DNA of 63,545 nt, filler included, from Reticulomyxa filosa (taxonomy: Eukaryota; Protista; Foraminifera), in the NCBI GenBank assembly GCA_000512085.1. It is 18 parts of 18 records of this genome, joined end to end, with 100 filler letters (N's around TTAATTAATTAA, not from the genome) between each part and the next. Parts side by side here need not be neighbours in the genome. Positions count along the whole stretch, not along the records: positions 50,236 to 52,997 come from ASPP01008716.1; positions 53,098 to 54,489 come from ASPP01006187.1; positions 54,590 to 56,515 come from ASPP01025838.1; positions 56,616 to 57,686 come from ASPP01028121.1; positions 57,787 to 60,523 come from ASPP01004693.1; positions 60,624 to 62,239 come from ASPP01029625.1; positions 62,340 to 63,545 come from ASPP01023206.1; 11 more parts are not named here. The stretch is one strand, 5' to 3'. Numbering within the stretch: the first letter of the stretch is position 1; every line of letters starts with the position of its first letter. The notes below the pieces were generated by a model. That model was not told where the DNA came from. It did no database searches and saw nothing but the letters and a program-made list of their open reading frames with translations. A program made the translations under genes and the position numbers. Below, piece by piece: positions 50,270-62,380 of this stretch.

Positions 50270-50712
50270 CTCTTTTTTATGATCATCTTCCGTGTCCAGA
50301 AATTTCTTCAGCATTTTATTGTATAAAGTAACAATTGAACTTCCGTGTGCACTTTTTGAATCTTTCAACTCTTTTGATATTGATTCCATTTTTTCTTTTA
50401 ATTCCTGATTTTGAAGGGCAAATGTCTCCAAATAGGGAACTAGTTCTGATGCCTTTTCAAACAGGATAATATACAAATACATATATGCATATATAGTTTT
50501 GTCATGTGTTACGGCAATCTTATGCCACATTATTTATAAATTAAATTGAACTGAACAGGTTTCTCAGGATCATCTAAAACATCTTGCCAATCGTTTGTCA
50601 GCGCTGTTGAAAAACGACTGTAATGGTTTGAAGGAAAAAAATTGTCCGTTTCATTTTCGTTCTTGCCTTTACTTTCATTTATATTGCTTAATGGGGAAAC
50701 TCCATCTTCCAT
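50270..50712 (-). CDS. 5' exons of an uncharacterised coiled-coil protein
   Basis: MEDGVSPLS...DDPEKP exon plus ASELVPYLETFALQNQELKEKMESISKELK exon; truncated. Confidence 0.5.
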
Positions 50713-51332
50713 GTTCAAGGCCTTTCTTGGTCTTTTTTAACTTAAATTGAGACCCTTGGTACGTTCGAGACAAATTAAATTGAATGGAGTAAACTTAAAT
50801 AAACTTTGACGCTGCAAGTAGTTACATATCAGTAAAATAAATACACACAACTTGTTTTTGTCATATGACGATAAAGTACTGTCCTTAAAAACAGGAAACA
50901 AATGTTTGTTTAAAACTAATTCGGACATATTTCAAAGTCAAAAAATAATAAGTTGACAGTTATAAATCTAGAATGACAACTTGCAGAAGCAAACGATGAG
51001 ATTGAACACTATAAATATGTCTATAGCAAAAGATATAATGTTCGACAGAACGAATTATCGAGTATAGTGAATGACAGTAATTTAGTTATTGTGACTAAGT
51101 AATTACCCGAAATCGTTCGAACAAAGTTATAATACGATTAGATCTTTGCAAATAATCACAATAAACAACCATGCATATATCATCAAGATTAACATTAGAA
51201 TTAGCAAACGTATTTAGACTAATTTTTAGATTATATTCATGAAATGAGAATACATTTGTTAACATGTAAGTGATATTATGATGTCTAAATCATTTTGTTT
51301 AGCGTGTGTTAGTGTTGCAAAAGTCCGACATT

Positions 51333-51385
51333 AAAATGGCACCTTATGAAGATGATCGATTTTCTATGTGAAAAATCGATATTTT
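51333..51385 (+). repeat. Solo TIR fragment of the Tc1/mariner family
   Basis: ACCTTATGAAGATGATCGATTTTCT at 51341-51365 is identical to 786-810 and is preceded by AAATGGC, as at 1897-1903. Confidence 0.75.
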
Positions 51386-51850
51386 TCAAATTTTTTAAAT
51401 ATACGAATATTCAATTGTTTCAAAATGTATTTCACTCTTTTCTACAATTTTTTGTTAATTATAGATATTATTATTTTATAATTTTCAATTATGAAATTTA
51501 AAAAGAACTTGATATTTTTGTTTTATTTGAATATTTTTTAGATTAAGACCGTTTACACAAAAAACGATTAAAAAAAAATTACACTTATCAACAATACATA
51601 AAAAACGCACTTTACAAAACTAAACTAATATTTACAAAGAAAATTTAAGAGTAATTGCTTATAATGTAATGTGTAGGAAAATAATAAAAATGTTTGATTG
51701 ACAAAAAATTGTAGGAAAAAATGAAACGTTTAAAACACTTGAAAATTTGTAAATATTTTTAGGTGTCATTACATATTTTTAGTGGATGCGTTTTTTTTTG
51801 TTGGGGACATCCATTAAAGTTTTAAAAAATCTGTTCTGTTCAAAAAAAGA

Positions 51851-52912
51851 ATGTCCAAGACATCATTCTACGACATTCCGTCTGTTTATGAAAATGGACG
51901 CGTTTTTTCAAAAGAGCTATCGGTGACAATAGGCCCTGAAGCCGCGTTGTTAAAAAAAGAATATTCCCGCCACATAGGGATCTTAGCAAATGATCCCCAT
52001 TTTCGAGATACAATGAAGAAGTTACAATTGGACCATTATACTTTTGACACTATTCGTCAAGAATACGTGTCAGAGTGTGTAAGTACATGTGCCTATCACT
52101 TGTCCATGTTTGGTGGAATCCCAGAGTCAATACTTCTCCGACATGACTTATTGAGTAGAATGAGCTATGCGTACGTATTGATCCATTTGGCAATAGCGTT
52201 TGGTACTGGTATGGTAATTTTGGACCGCAGGTGTGCAGTTGTTGGTATTGCGCTTGGATTTGATTATAGACATTTGAGTACCATTACCAATAAGTTGTGT
52301 TCGTTGCATGCCAATCAAAATATTGGAACAACGTTCAAGTATGAGCAAGAGTTGAATCAAGCCTGTCTTTCATCACATCCTTTTCTGGACAATTTTTTTA
52401 TACGTAAGCCAAAAAATGCTTCCCACGATAAAGAAGAGAAGGTACAACACGCAAAAAAAAACTCTAAGACACCAGATTGGAATGCAATTTTTTTTGGTAC
52501 GTATGCCTTTGTGAAACCTGGGTATGAAAAAACGAAGTTACAATCGCTGTTGAATGCTGTCACGATTGCCATTCCTTATGGTATCGGGTACCGTCATTAC
52601 TGTCAAGTTGATATGAACAACTCATTGCTATCTGACGCACAACACATTCCCGATATTTGCAAAAATGCTCGTGTCATCGAATTAAAAGATTTCGTTTTTA
52701 ATGATGGCACTACCTTTGCTGGCTTAATTAAAAAACTAAATCCTCCTGATGAAGATCCTGTAAAGATAAATTATGCGTCCAAGCTCCTGTCTCACGCTCG
52801 AAGACGCGTTTTTGTAATTCATTACTCGCATTTTGACTCCTTGTTAACAATGCCTAAACTTGTATGCTCGTTTTTGGTGGGAGGTCCAGTGGTCGCCAAA
52901 GCCAAGCTCTGA
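51851..52912 (+). CDS. Intronless protein, probable AANAT-like GNAT fold, with PTS1 -AKL
   Basis: GTGMVILD...VVGIALGFD, AFVKPGYEKTKLQSLL...GIGY and ELKDFVFNDGTTF parallel the insect-type arylalkylamine N-acetyltransferase layout; ends VAKAKL*. Confidence 0.6.
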   Translation: MSKTSFYDIPSVYENGRVFSKELSVTIGPEAALLKKEYSRHIGILANDPHFRDTMKKLQLDHYTFDTIRQEYVSECVSTCAYHLSMFGGIPESILLRHDLLSRMSYAYVLIHLAIAFGTGMVILDRRCAVVGIALGFDYRHLSTITNKLCSLHANQNIGTTFKYEQELNQACLSSHPFLDNFFIRKPKNASHDKEEKVQHAKKNSKTPDWNAIFFGTYAFVKPGYEKTKLQSLLNAVTIAIPYGIGYRHYCQVDMNNSLLSDAQHIPDICKNARVIELKDFVFNDGTTFAGLIKKLNPPDEDPVKINYASKLLSHARRRVFVIHYSHFDSLLTMPKLVCSFLVGGPVVAKAKL

Positions 52913-53097
52913 AATCAGAAAAACACAGGCAAATTAAGGCAAAAAGGAGTAATTATTGTTTGATTCATATATTTTTTGTTTCAATTGATTTTTTTTTNNN
53001 NNNNNNNNNNNNNNNNNNNNNNNNNNNNNNNNNNNNNNNNNTTAATTAATTAANNNNNNNNNNNNNNNNNNNNNNNNNNNNNNNNNNNNNNNNNNNN

Positions 53098-53599
53098 ATT
53101 TTGATATTTAAAATATTGAAACATTTAATTGCTTTTAAGAAGATAGCTGCTGTTGTTATGCTGGTTGGTGCAGCTAGCATTCGATCTATAGCAAAAAAAT
53201 TTAATGTAAGTATAACTTCGATTTTGGCTGTCGTCATATAAGTGTAATAGAACCGTAAAAAGAAAAGCTGGATCTGGCAGGTCAGAGAATATTCATCATG
53301 TCACAAAGTTAAAAAACTAATGGATTGGTTTAAAGAAAATAATAGAACTAATAAATTTTCATCCTAATTCACTAGACTTAAATCCAATTGATAGCATTTG
53401 GTGATAATTAAAGTAAAATTATATAAAGGCGAAAAAAATATCAACAAACAATAACTTTGGGAAAATTTGAAAAATATGGTAAAAAACTGACACTAAACTA
53501 TGTTAAGCTCTAGTTGAGCCAATGCCAAGGGGATTAAAGCTTTAATCAATGCACAAGGAAAAACAGCAAAATACTGGCAGTTTTTTTTGCAATCTACTG
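53098..53599 (+). mobile_element. Second copy of the non-autonomous Tc1/mariner derivative
   Basis: 53140-53575 is a diverged reverse complement of about 2180-2610. It reads MLVGAASIRSIAKKFNVS, SCHKVKKLMDWFKEN, PNSLDLNPIDSIW, MPR..ALINAQG, and ends GCAGTTTTTTTTGCAATCTACTG|TA as at 2816-2840. Confidence 0.88.
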
Positions 53600-54589
53600 T
53601 AACAAAAGTATTCAAAAGAAATGGAAAAGACAGGAATTGTGAGTAACAAATATAAGAATCAATCAATCTACAAGGATATTGTAGCGGTGAAACTTGTTTG
53701 TCATCAAAAGCCAAATTACAAGTATGAATATTGGATTTGATCATATTACATTCATTTTAGACAAGACATCTTTCAATTGTCCTGATTGTAAATTTAATTG
53801 TTAAAGCAATGTTTTGTAATTCTGAACATTCTATTTCTTGAAAGCAATGGTTCCGTATCTGTGAAGGATAACAATCATCAATGTTCATTTCCATCAAATC
53901 TGGATTATCATATGAATTGAAAGCAAATAATATAAAAGAAAAGAAGTGACGATTGTTGTTGTGGTATTAATCTGTATTATGGTACAAGGAATGATTTGTT
54001 TTGTATTTGGGAATAAAATCGTTTTTCAATGATAGGAAAAATTTGATTATTTTTGTATTTCTTCCACAAACCTATAAGCATAAATATATTTCTTTTTTCT
54101 CATGAAGAGGATCTGTTACAAATATGAACTCATTTTGGTATTTGTATTTAAATATTGTTATGACTTTCCATTTTGTCTTTAAAAATTAAATTTTTTTATT
54201 GATTCACTTTGAATATCTTTTTTTTTCAAATAAACAAAACAACATATAAGTGTGAAAGAAAAGCAATTTGATGAAAATAAAGGAATAAACAATTTATCTT
54301 AAGGATATACCATTCATAAAAATTTGGCAAGTCTAGAGTAAAGAAAGCGAACATGAGTAAAGTTAAAGCCAAAGACTGGAAAAAAATAAACACTTGTTAA
54401 AACTGGAGTAACTCTAGTTTTTTTTGGCCAGCAATGCTTTGAGTATCCGATACTATACAAAAAATAATAGTAAACAGACATAAAAAAAANNNNNNNNNNN
54501 NNNNNNNNNNNNNNNNNNNNNNNNNNNNNNNNNTTAATTAATTAANNNNNNNNNNNNNNNNNNNNNNNNNNNNNNNNNNNNNNNNNNNN

Positions 54590-56465
54590 TCCTCCTCCTC
54601 CTCCTCCTTTGCTTGATGCCACAGGAGAGGTGGGCTCGGTCGATCCTCCAGTCAATGCATCCTCAAACATATCCAAAATGAACTTTTCAAATGTATTGAT
54701 CTCCTTCATTGTGATCTTTCTTGACGCATTGATGCGAATGCCATTCTTGTCGAAGACCACATTTTTAATGGGGATGTCATCTCCTAAGAACTCTTGCACA
54801 TCGGCAGTGAGCTTTTTCGTCAAAAGACTCTTTGCAATGCCTCTCACAACAATGCCGTCATACTCGATATCGGGGATATAATATTGCTTCAGCTTGTTGA
54901 AGTCGATGCCTTGTTTGGAATCGCAATTGAGTTTTTTTGCAAAACCCCTACGTAGTCAGACTCGCTGATACCTACAAAACCTTTGTCCGTAGCCACAATG
55001 TGTTCCATCCATTGGTTCAACTCGTCTCGATTTAGACACTCATCTCCGTTCTTGTCGCAGTCATCAAACAGCATCTTCCACACCTTTGCACGTTCGTCCA
55101 AGGCCACCTGTCGAATATCGACAATGCTTCTTCGCACGGTGAAAATCGCATGTTTGGGAAACACTCCCGGGTCGTTGCTGGACAACAAGATATCGGGTAT
55201 GCCATCCGCAAAGGCATCTTTCTTTTTCTTCTTACTATTGGAAGAGCTGTCTTGTTGTCGTTTGTACTCATCTCCTCCGAGATTCGTTTGGCCCTTGTTC
55301 AGAGCAATCTGTTTTTCCAACTCCTTCTGTGCACGCACCTCAAGCTGCTTTTCATGTTCGGCATTGGCGCCTTGAGGTGCACATCCGACAGAGACAATGG
55401 ACTTGACGAGGAAGAAGACCATCGATCCGCTCAAAGAAGGGTCGCTACTGATATTGATAAGCTTGGGTGCTCGTCTTTGCTTTTCTTCCGATTCGCCGAC
55501 AGTGATGCCCATTTTCAAAAGAGTCTTGCTGATGCTCGCATACGCTTTGTTCATTTCTTCAATTTTCTGTGTGTGTTCCATTTGAATGCGACGCAACGAC
55601 TCACTAGTCGCTTCCACTTGTGATGTAATTTGATCCACTTGACCTTGATTCCCTTTCTGCAGTTCCAACTTTTTTTTCAAACGGTCGATCTCTGCTCGCA
55701 ACTCGCGCTCGATCGACTGCTTGCTTTCCGTGGCGTTCCTTCGCGCGTGTGTCTTGATCTTCTTCACACGAGACGCGTAACGCAGTGTCGACATCGACTC
55801 TTCAAAGTTGTCTTCCGCTGGCGATATGGCTGCCATCATGATCGTCTTGGAATTGCCCGACAACGACTCGCGTAACAACGTTGTCAAGATCGAGTTGTTG
55901 AAGGGAATAAACTTGGCTCGACTCGCCAATGCCGATATCACGTCGCCCAATGCGTTCAATGACAAGTTGATCTTTTTCAACTCCTCCATCCTTTCTCCGC
56001 CGGCTGCCACACCTGTTTTATTCACTCTCTCCGAACCTGCCAGATCGATCAGATTCACTTTGCATCGTCGCAACTCCCCTGTCGATTGCTTGATATATAC
56101 ATATACATATTTATTTATTTATTTATATATGTATATGTATATATGTTTATGTATATATGTTTATGTATATATGTTTGTTTATGTTGTCAATTGCTGTCGG
56201 TCAATTATATACATATACATATATATGTATATGTGTATGTATATATATTCGATCACAACATCAACACATACATACATGAAGAGTTTGAATATGCAACGTA
56301 AAAATGCAATGCGATCTAGAACTAATCTTGTTCATTTGTGTTTCTGCCACTGTCCGATTCGCCACGCCCAAGTTCATCAGCTTGCGAACGTCTTCGTAGT
56401 TGCCCACCGTGTGCATTGTCAGCCCCTCTACAAATGCACCGCGCTTCGGGTGAAATCGAATCGGC
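54590..56465 (-). CDS. Kinesin-3 (KIF1/13/28-like) fragment: motor C-half, neck, interrupted FHA-like region, EF-hands
   Basis: GAFVEGL, NRTVAETQMNKISSRSHCIF, VNLIDLAGSER, INLSLNALGDVISAL, LLRESLSGNSKTIMMAAISP, STLRYASRVK; PKLINISSDPSLS (kinesin-3 PHLVNLNEDP-like); DKNGDECLNRDE EF loop. Truncated at both ends. Confidence 0.92.
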
Positions 56466-57410
56466 AGTTTTTGTCTTTCTACTCTGCATTTGTTTGTTCA
56501 TTTGTTTGTGTGTGTNNNNNNNNNNNNNNNNNNNNNNNNNNNNNNNNNNNNNNNNNNNNTTAATTAATTAANNNNNNNNNNNNNNNNNNNNNNNNNNNNN
56601 NNNNNNNNNNNNNNNCTCGAATAAATTGTTGTTGCCATTGAATTAATAAAAATACAACACTCTACAAAATAACAGATAAAGAAAACGAAAACAAACTATG
56701 GCACCGAATATTTATGGAGAAATTTACTGCAGCTAGTGTTGATGGGTCTTTGATGTCTTGGAGCGTACTCAGTGCTTCTTTATTATTGGGCTTACTCTAT
56801 GCAGCCTTTTTTGGCTCGGTCGCAGTCGATCGATCATAAGAGACAATTGTGTTTCAACGAAGTGGTACTCACAGCTGGGGCTAGCGGAATTGTTATCCTG
56901 CTCTGCAGCTATTTGTTCATTCTCCATCTTTACCCATACTGTCAACTGTGATTTTCTTTTTCGCGGGTTTGAAAATCATGTAACCAAATTTCTACCTTCT
57001 TGTATGTGTGTGACGTGTTCGTGTGCATTTGAATTTTTGTTTGATGAATTGGAAAAGTACTAATGTCTGATAGTGATGTAATACTTTTCATAACTCTTTT
57101 TTTGGATATTATTGTTGTGCAGAGTAATTGCATTACATTTACAAAATCACAAATGTTGTATCAATGAATCAAATGGCTTTTTGAATGATGAAAAAATGAT
57201 TTTCTTCGCAATATGATGCAGAAATATTAATTTCCTATGTGAAAAAAATAGAAAAAGTTGAGTGTATCCCATTGTATTGATATATAATCCTATTCAGGCT
57301 TGTCCATGCGGGTTACATTGTGTTTTAGTAGTATGGCTTTCATCCTGTACTATTGGGGCACTATCTTGTGGAAGTAAAACACCACCTACTCCGGGTAGGA
57401 AGCGGGTAGT

Positions 57411-57450
57411 AAGCGATGCGTGGCGGCTCGCCAAGCCACGCCGCTTTTTT
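57411..57450 (+). other. GC-rich hairpin followed by T6, function unknown
   Basis: AAGCG-at-GCGTGGC ... GCCACGC-CGCTT, then a T run at 57445-57450. Confidence 0.5.
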
Positions 57451-58460
57451 CTATCATCAAAGTAATCTTTGGAGTTTTAGTTAGCGTGCACTCGCTTATC
57501 GACTTGTATACTGCTTGATACTACCAAAAGGTAGAACGAGTACAAGTAGTGCTGTTGTCTACAGGCACAAAAAAAAAACGTCTCCTTTCTAAACGTACTG
57601 ACCAATACTCAAAGTTAACCACAGTCGATTTAATTAAGGGCTTCGAAAAGTGGCAAAGCAAAAAGAAGGAGATAAGAAAAGGATACNNNNNNNNNNNNNN
57701 NNNNNNNNNNNNNNNNNNNNNNNNNNNNNNTTAATTAATTAANNNNNNNNNNNNNNNNNNNNNNNNNNNNNNNNNNNNNNNNNNNNAGATATGTTTTAGG
57801 CGTTCAGTTTTCTTTGCAACCTACTGTAGTGCCATTCGCTAGGCAAGCATGTAGTATAGCAATGAAATTTATATGCTTAGAATACCGAATGAGTCGTAAA
57901 AAGATAAATGGCTTATCTTTTTGGTAGTAATTTAGTTGACATTTGTTCCACATTGTGTCAATGCAATTATGCATTAGAGATATCTCAATCATCATATAAA
58001 TCCTTAAGTAAATCCTTAGAAAAATTTTTCAATATTGATATGCTTAGATTTTTTTACTGTATTGTTAACTTTTCATGATAATTTAATAGATTCTTAAGAG
58101 CACCGCGTATTTTCATATAGTAACACAAAATTTTGTATTTTAGTATTTGACTGCTATATGCAAAAAATGAAGCGCATTTTGCGTGTTAATGGCAAACAGA
58201 ATATTGAAAGTATAGTTAATCAATAAAAGTCTTTTTCTACCAGAGAAATAAATAAACTTGCAAAATTTGTGTTCAATTTGAAAAAATATTCAAGGCAGAT
58301 ACCAAGTTTATTAATTTTTTTCCATTTATACAATGAATTTTGTTTTAAATTTAAAAAATATTATTTATGTGAGTTTTCCTGTCTTTCAATCACTTGAAGA
58401 ACACAAGTAGGCAACTAATGGAAGGAATTTAACTGAATTTCCCAACAATCAAAAAAAAAA

Positions 58461-59154
58461 ATGAGGCTTCCATTAGCATTTTCACTTTTCTTTCTTTATT
58501 CATGTCATTTTCTCAAAGTATTAAGTGTCACAGTTCTGGTAAAAGGTGGAGATGAAGAATGCTTTTTTGAGAAAGCTCAAATAGGTGACAAAATTCACAG
58601 TTCATTCAGTGTGACAACCAGGGGTATACAATTGAATGTGGAAGTGTGGGACCCTGAAGAAAAGGCAGTGTTGCGACTACGCGAAACAACTTCCGACTCA
58701 TTCACATTTACGGCATTATTTGATGGTTTTTATACTGTGTGCTTTCTCAATCTAAATGGTATGGCGTTCATTCCCTCTTTCTTCTGCTCGAATCAAAACA
58801 AAAAAAAAATTGTATTGCTGTTTGTACTTAGCGAACGACATGACAACGGTCGACTTTGATATTCATGTCGGGCAAGAATATGAAATGAAAAATGTAATGA
58901 AAGAAGATCACATAACACCAATAGACGAAAGTGTGTCACAATTGAGAGGCGGCATCAATGAATTGAAAGATCAAATCAACTATCACAAAAATCGTTTGGA
59001 CAGACATCTGCAAACCACAAAATCTACTTATCGACGGTTACATATGTGGACTTTAATCGAAGCTGTCATTCTCATTTCTGTTAGTGTCCTTCAAACACTC
59101 CTCATCATGAAATTTTTTGATAAAAGGCAAAGCCAAAGTAAACCCGTTTCATAG
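58461..59154 (+). CDS. p24/emp24/gp25L (TMED) cargo receptor; join(58461..58758,58832..59154)
   Basis: Signal peptide, GOLD domain (EECFFE...GFYTVCF), coiled coil, TM segment (WTLIEAVILISVSVLQ) and cytosolic FF motif. Confidence 0.93.
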
Positions 59155-59848
59155 TCTATGTTACAAACTACACAATAACATCTTCTTGTTATGTTATTTA
59201 TTGCAAAGGACTTTGCATGTCCTTGCGCATCATTCCATATTAACCTTGTTTTTTGTAAGATTCAGCCTTTTTCTCTTTTCTATTGTTCTCTCCTTTGACT
59301 TTAATGAATGATGAGTCACATAACATCTGTTATTTTACTTTGACCTTCGGTCTGATTTTATTTTTTTCCTCCAATTTCAAATCAGATGTTACATTTTGAA
59401 TTTTTAATGACCTGAAAAGTGACAAAATCGTTCCGAGTTACATGTCCATGTGGAGAAAGAAAAGAAAGAGCCAATCTATGTCCGAACACCACATCTAAAC
59501 TTACTACGCTAATAAAATTGACATGAGAGTGTGGTGGACTTGTTATTTTATTATTTAGAGAATTCAAGCAAAAAGTATTTTTTTAAATCTCCGCTAAAAA
59601 AAGGTTTACTTTTGTATTTCAAAGGTGTATATTAAAAAACTTGATTATATTGACTTTTTTCCTCTTTCAAATGATGAACTCAGTGGCATGTAATAGGTCG
59701 ATGATACGGATGTGTGACGGTATGATAATGATAATGACAACGATAATAAGCACATAATCAATAAGATGATAATAATGAGAATGACAGAGATAGAGGGGAC
59801 GATGACAATGGGACACAGAAAAAAAAAATAATGAAAAAAAAAAAGAAA

Positions 59849-60523
59849 TCACTCGTGTGCTTCTCCAACAATGCCCGACTTTTGTACGACCTTGTCTGCC
59901 CAGGGTCTGAGATTGGACATTTTTTTCCATTTTCTTTTGTTGTGTTTGCTCTGCATCAACTTGCCTTTCAATTGTTCGACCTTCTTTTGTTCGTCTTTTT
60001 CTTTCTTGTAGAACACACCATTGCGAGGTTTTCGAAAAGCAACTTTGGCATTTCGAAATTTCCAAATTGTGCCAATTTCGGGCATATGTTGATATTTTTC
60101 TTTTAATCGATTGCAGTAGTTGATATGAGCTTTTTGCCGAGCATTGATCTTCAAATTCCCAAAAAAAAAAAAAATATAAAAAAAAATAAATACAGCAAAT
60201 AAATAAAACAACAATGAATTAACTTTATGCAAAGGCATAGCTCTTTGGCTTTTCCAAATACGCAAGGCGCCATCAGCGGAGCCACTCAAAATGTATCTGT
60301 CATCCCACGTCCATCGGACTTGTTGCAAGCTGTACATGCGCTTGCCTTTGTACAGCTCTCTGGAATAGCCGATTTTGTGTCCGTCTTTGCTGTGATGCGT
60401 CGACTTCCAGATTCGAATGTGTCCATCGATGCTGCCGCTCACAAACTCTTGTCCGGTGGGGGACCAGTCCACCGACGTCACTGCGTCGACATGTCCACGA
60501 TGCGTGCGTAGCGCTTTGTGGGT
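59849..60523 (-). CDS. DCAF13: DCAF13/Sof1 (U3 snoRNP-associated WD40 protein), C-terminal part
   Basis: AVTSVDWSPTGQEFVSGS, SRELYKGKRM, YILSGS.DG.LRIWK and the Sof1 domain Y..RLKEKYQHMPEI; one in-frame intron at about 60150-60224. Confidence 0.9.
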   Translation of the reverse strand, partial: THKALRTHRGHVDAVTSVDWSPTGQEFVSGSIDGHIRIWKSTHHSKDGHKIGYSRELYKGKRMYSLQQVRWTWDDRYILSGSADGALRIWKSQRAMPLHKVNSLLFYLFAVFIFFYIFFFFGNLKINARQKAHINYCNRLKEKYQHMPEIGTIWKFRNAKVAFRKPRNGVFYKKEKDEQKKVEQLKGKLMQSKHNKRKWKKMSNLRPWADKVVQKSGIVGEAHE

Positions 60524-61499
60524 NNNNNNNNNNNNNNNNNNNNNNNNNNNNNNNNNNNNNNNNNNNNTTAATTAATTAANNNNNNNNNNNNNNNNNNNNN
60601 NNNNNNNNNNNNNNNNNNNNNNNTGACTATTTGTGTGATTTCATTTAGGAAAAGCAAGAAGATCAACAAAAAATTAAACAATGTCTTCATTTTAATGAAA
60701 ATAATATGGATGAATTGATAACATTTTAAAAATATTACGTCAAGTAAAGCAATTATATCATTCGACTATTCATAAACATATAAGACATCTACTTCATTTA
60801 TATTATGTCTGTGCAATATTATTATATGGTCAATTTTGCCATAAAAATAGATAAAATGGATGCATTTAAATTTTTATTCTTTTACGAGAAGGGCAAGTGG
60901 AATTGAAAGTTGTTACATATCGTGGATGCATCCATATAAATATAGACGTGAAATTTTATTCTTAAAATCGTTTATGAGCATTTGTGATAAAAATGTATAC
61001 ACATGGAATGCAAATATAGAAAATGAAGATAAAAATACACGAATAGTATTGACGTGGACAAATTATGCTTATTAGCGTGTCATTAAATCATTTTATTGAT
61101 CTTAATCTTATTTATTTGGTATTGAATAATTTTGAAAATGATGTTTCGAAAGCACAATCATGTTTAACTGAGTTTGATCAATGGAAATGGAACAAAATAT
61201 AAAAAGAAAACAGCAAATGAATTTGTAAAATGATGTTGTTGTAATTATAATGAAAAATTTAAAAAATCAATGTTGTTTACAATCAATAATATTACCTTTT
61301 GTTAAAGAATGGAAGAAAGGAGTAACAGAATAAAGAAAAACAATTGAATGATATGAATAATGATTAAATATTAAAAGATTCAAGTTTTAAATAAGGGATT
61401 TAAATATCATTATTTTAAAATACGCTCTGGTAATATTATATTTATCTTAATTTATTGATTTGATTAAATATATTTAAAAATAAAAAATATACATGAAAT

Positions 61500-61950
61500 A
61501 GATGGATATTTCACCAAATGGAACTCAATTCGAATATATGGATATAAGTTTAGGAAAAGAGGCTCAAGATTAACTGGACATTCAAGTTCTGTTAATGATG
61601 CATATTTTTCATCAGATGGAAATATGATCGATTGTGGGGACATACAATCATGGAAAGAAATTAAACAATTGGAAGGACATTTAAATTATGTGAAAAGTGT
61701 TCAATTCTCACCAGATAGAAAAAAAGATATTGCATCTGAATCACTTGATAGTACCGTTTGAATATAGGAAATAAAAATATTAATAACAGATGTATAGTTT
61801 TCACCAGATGATCGCTCTTCTTCATCTTCTTCTTCCAAACATGTTACAAGTTGTGATGTAGAATCACGTGATAGACAAAAAAATACAATTTTTTCTAAAT
61901 TATAATTCTATGATCACCTTTATTCAGATGAAATAATTCGAATATAATAA
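61500..61950 (+). pseudogene. Decayed WD40-repeat sequence
   Basis: LTGHSSSVNDAYFSSDGNMI and KQLEGHLNYVKSVQFSPD...IASESLDSTV*, broken by stops and indels. Confidence 0.7.
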
Positions 61951-62339
61951 ATAACAAAAAGCTTAAGTCTATTGGTCAGCACTTTCTTGGTTGTTATATG
62001 AGATATGAATATGCTTGTTGAAGCAAAGAGTTTCCTAGAATGTAATTTCAATTATTGAGAATAGCATCCTAAAAGAAAACATTATTAAAATCAGTCTAGG
62101 TGAGACTTGCACTCACATCTATGTGGCAAGCACATGCTCTTCTCTTAAGCTACTAGACAATTGTATAAATTAAGGAAAACAATTCTGAAAGTTTAAAATA
62201 TGCAATGTGAGTAACTTGATCATACGACGTATGCTAACCNNNNNNNNNNNNNNNNNNNNNNNNNNNNNNNNNNNNNNNNNNNNTTAATTAATTAANNNNN
62301 NNNNNNNNNNNNNNNNNNNNNNNNNNNNNNNNNNNNNNN

Positions 62340-62369
<30 letters not shown>

Positions 62370-62380
<11 letters not shown>

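Noticed and set aside
53600-54200. Minus-strand decayed-coding-looking sequence next to the transposon TA site
   Set aside because: Stops and frame breaks; no assignable domain.
26868-62339. Recurrent palindrome TTAATTAATTAA flanked by Ns, superficially a repeat array
   Set aside because: Identical 100-bp synthetic contig spacer; not biological. Gene neighbourhoods across spacers are meaningless.
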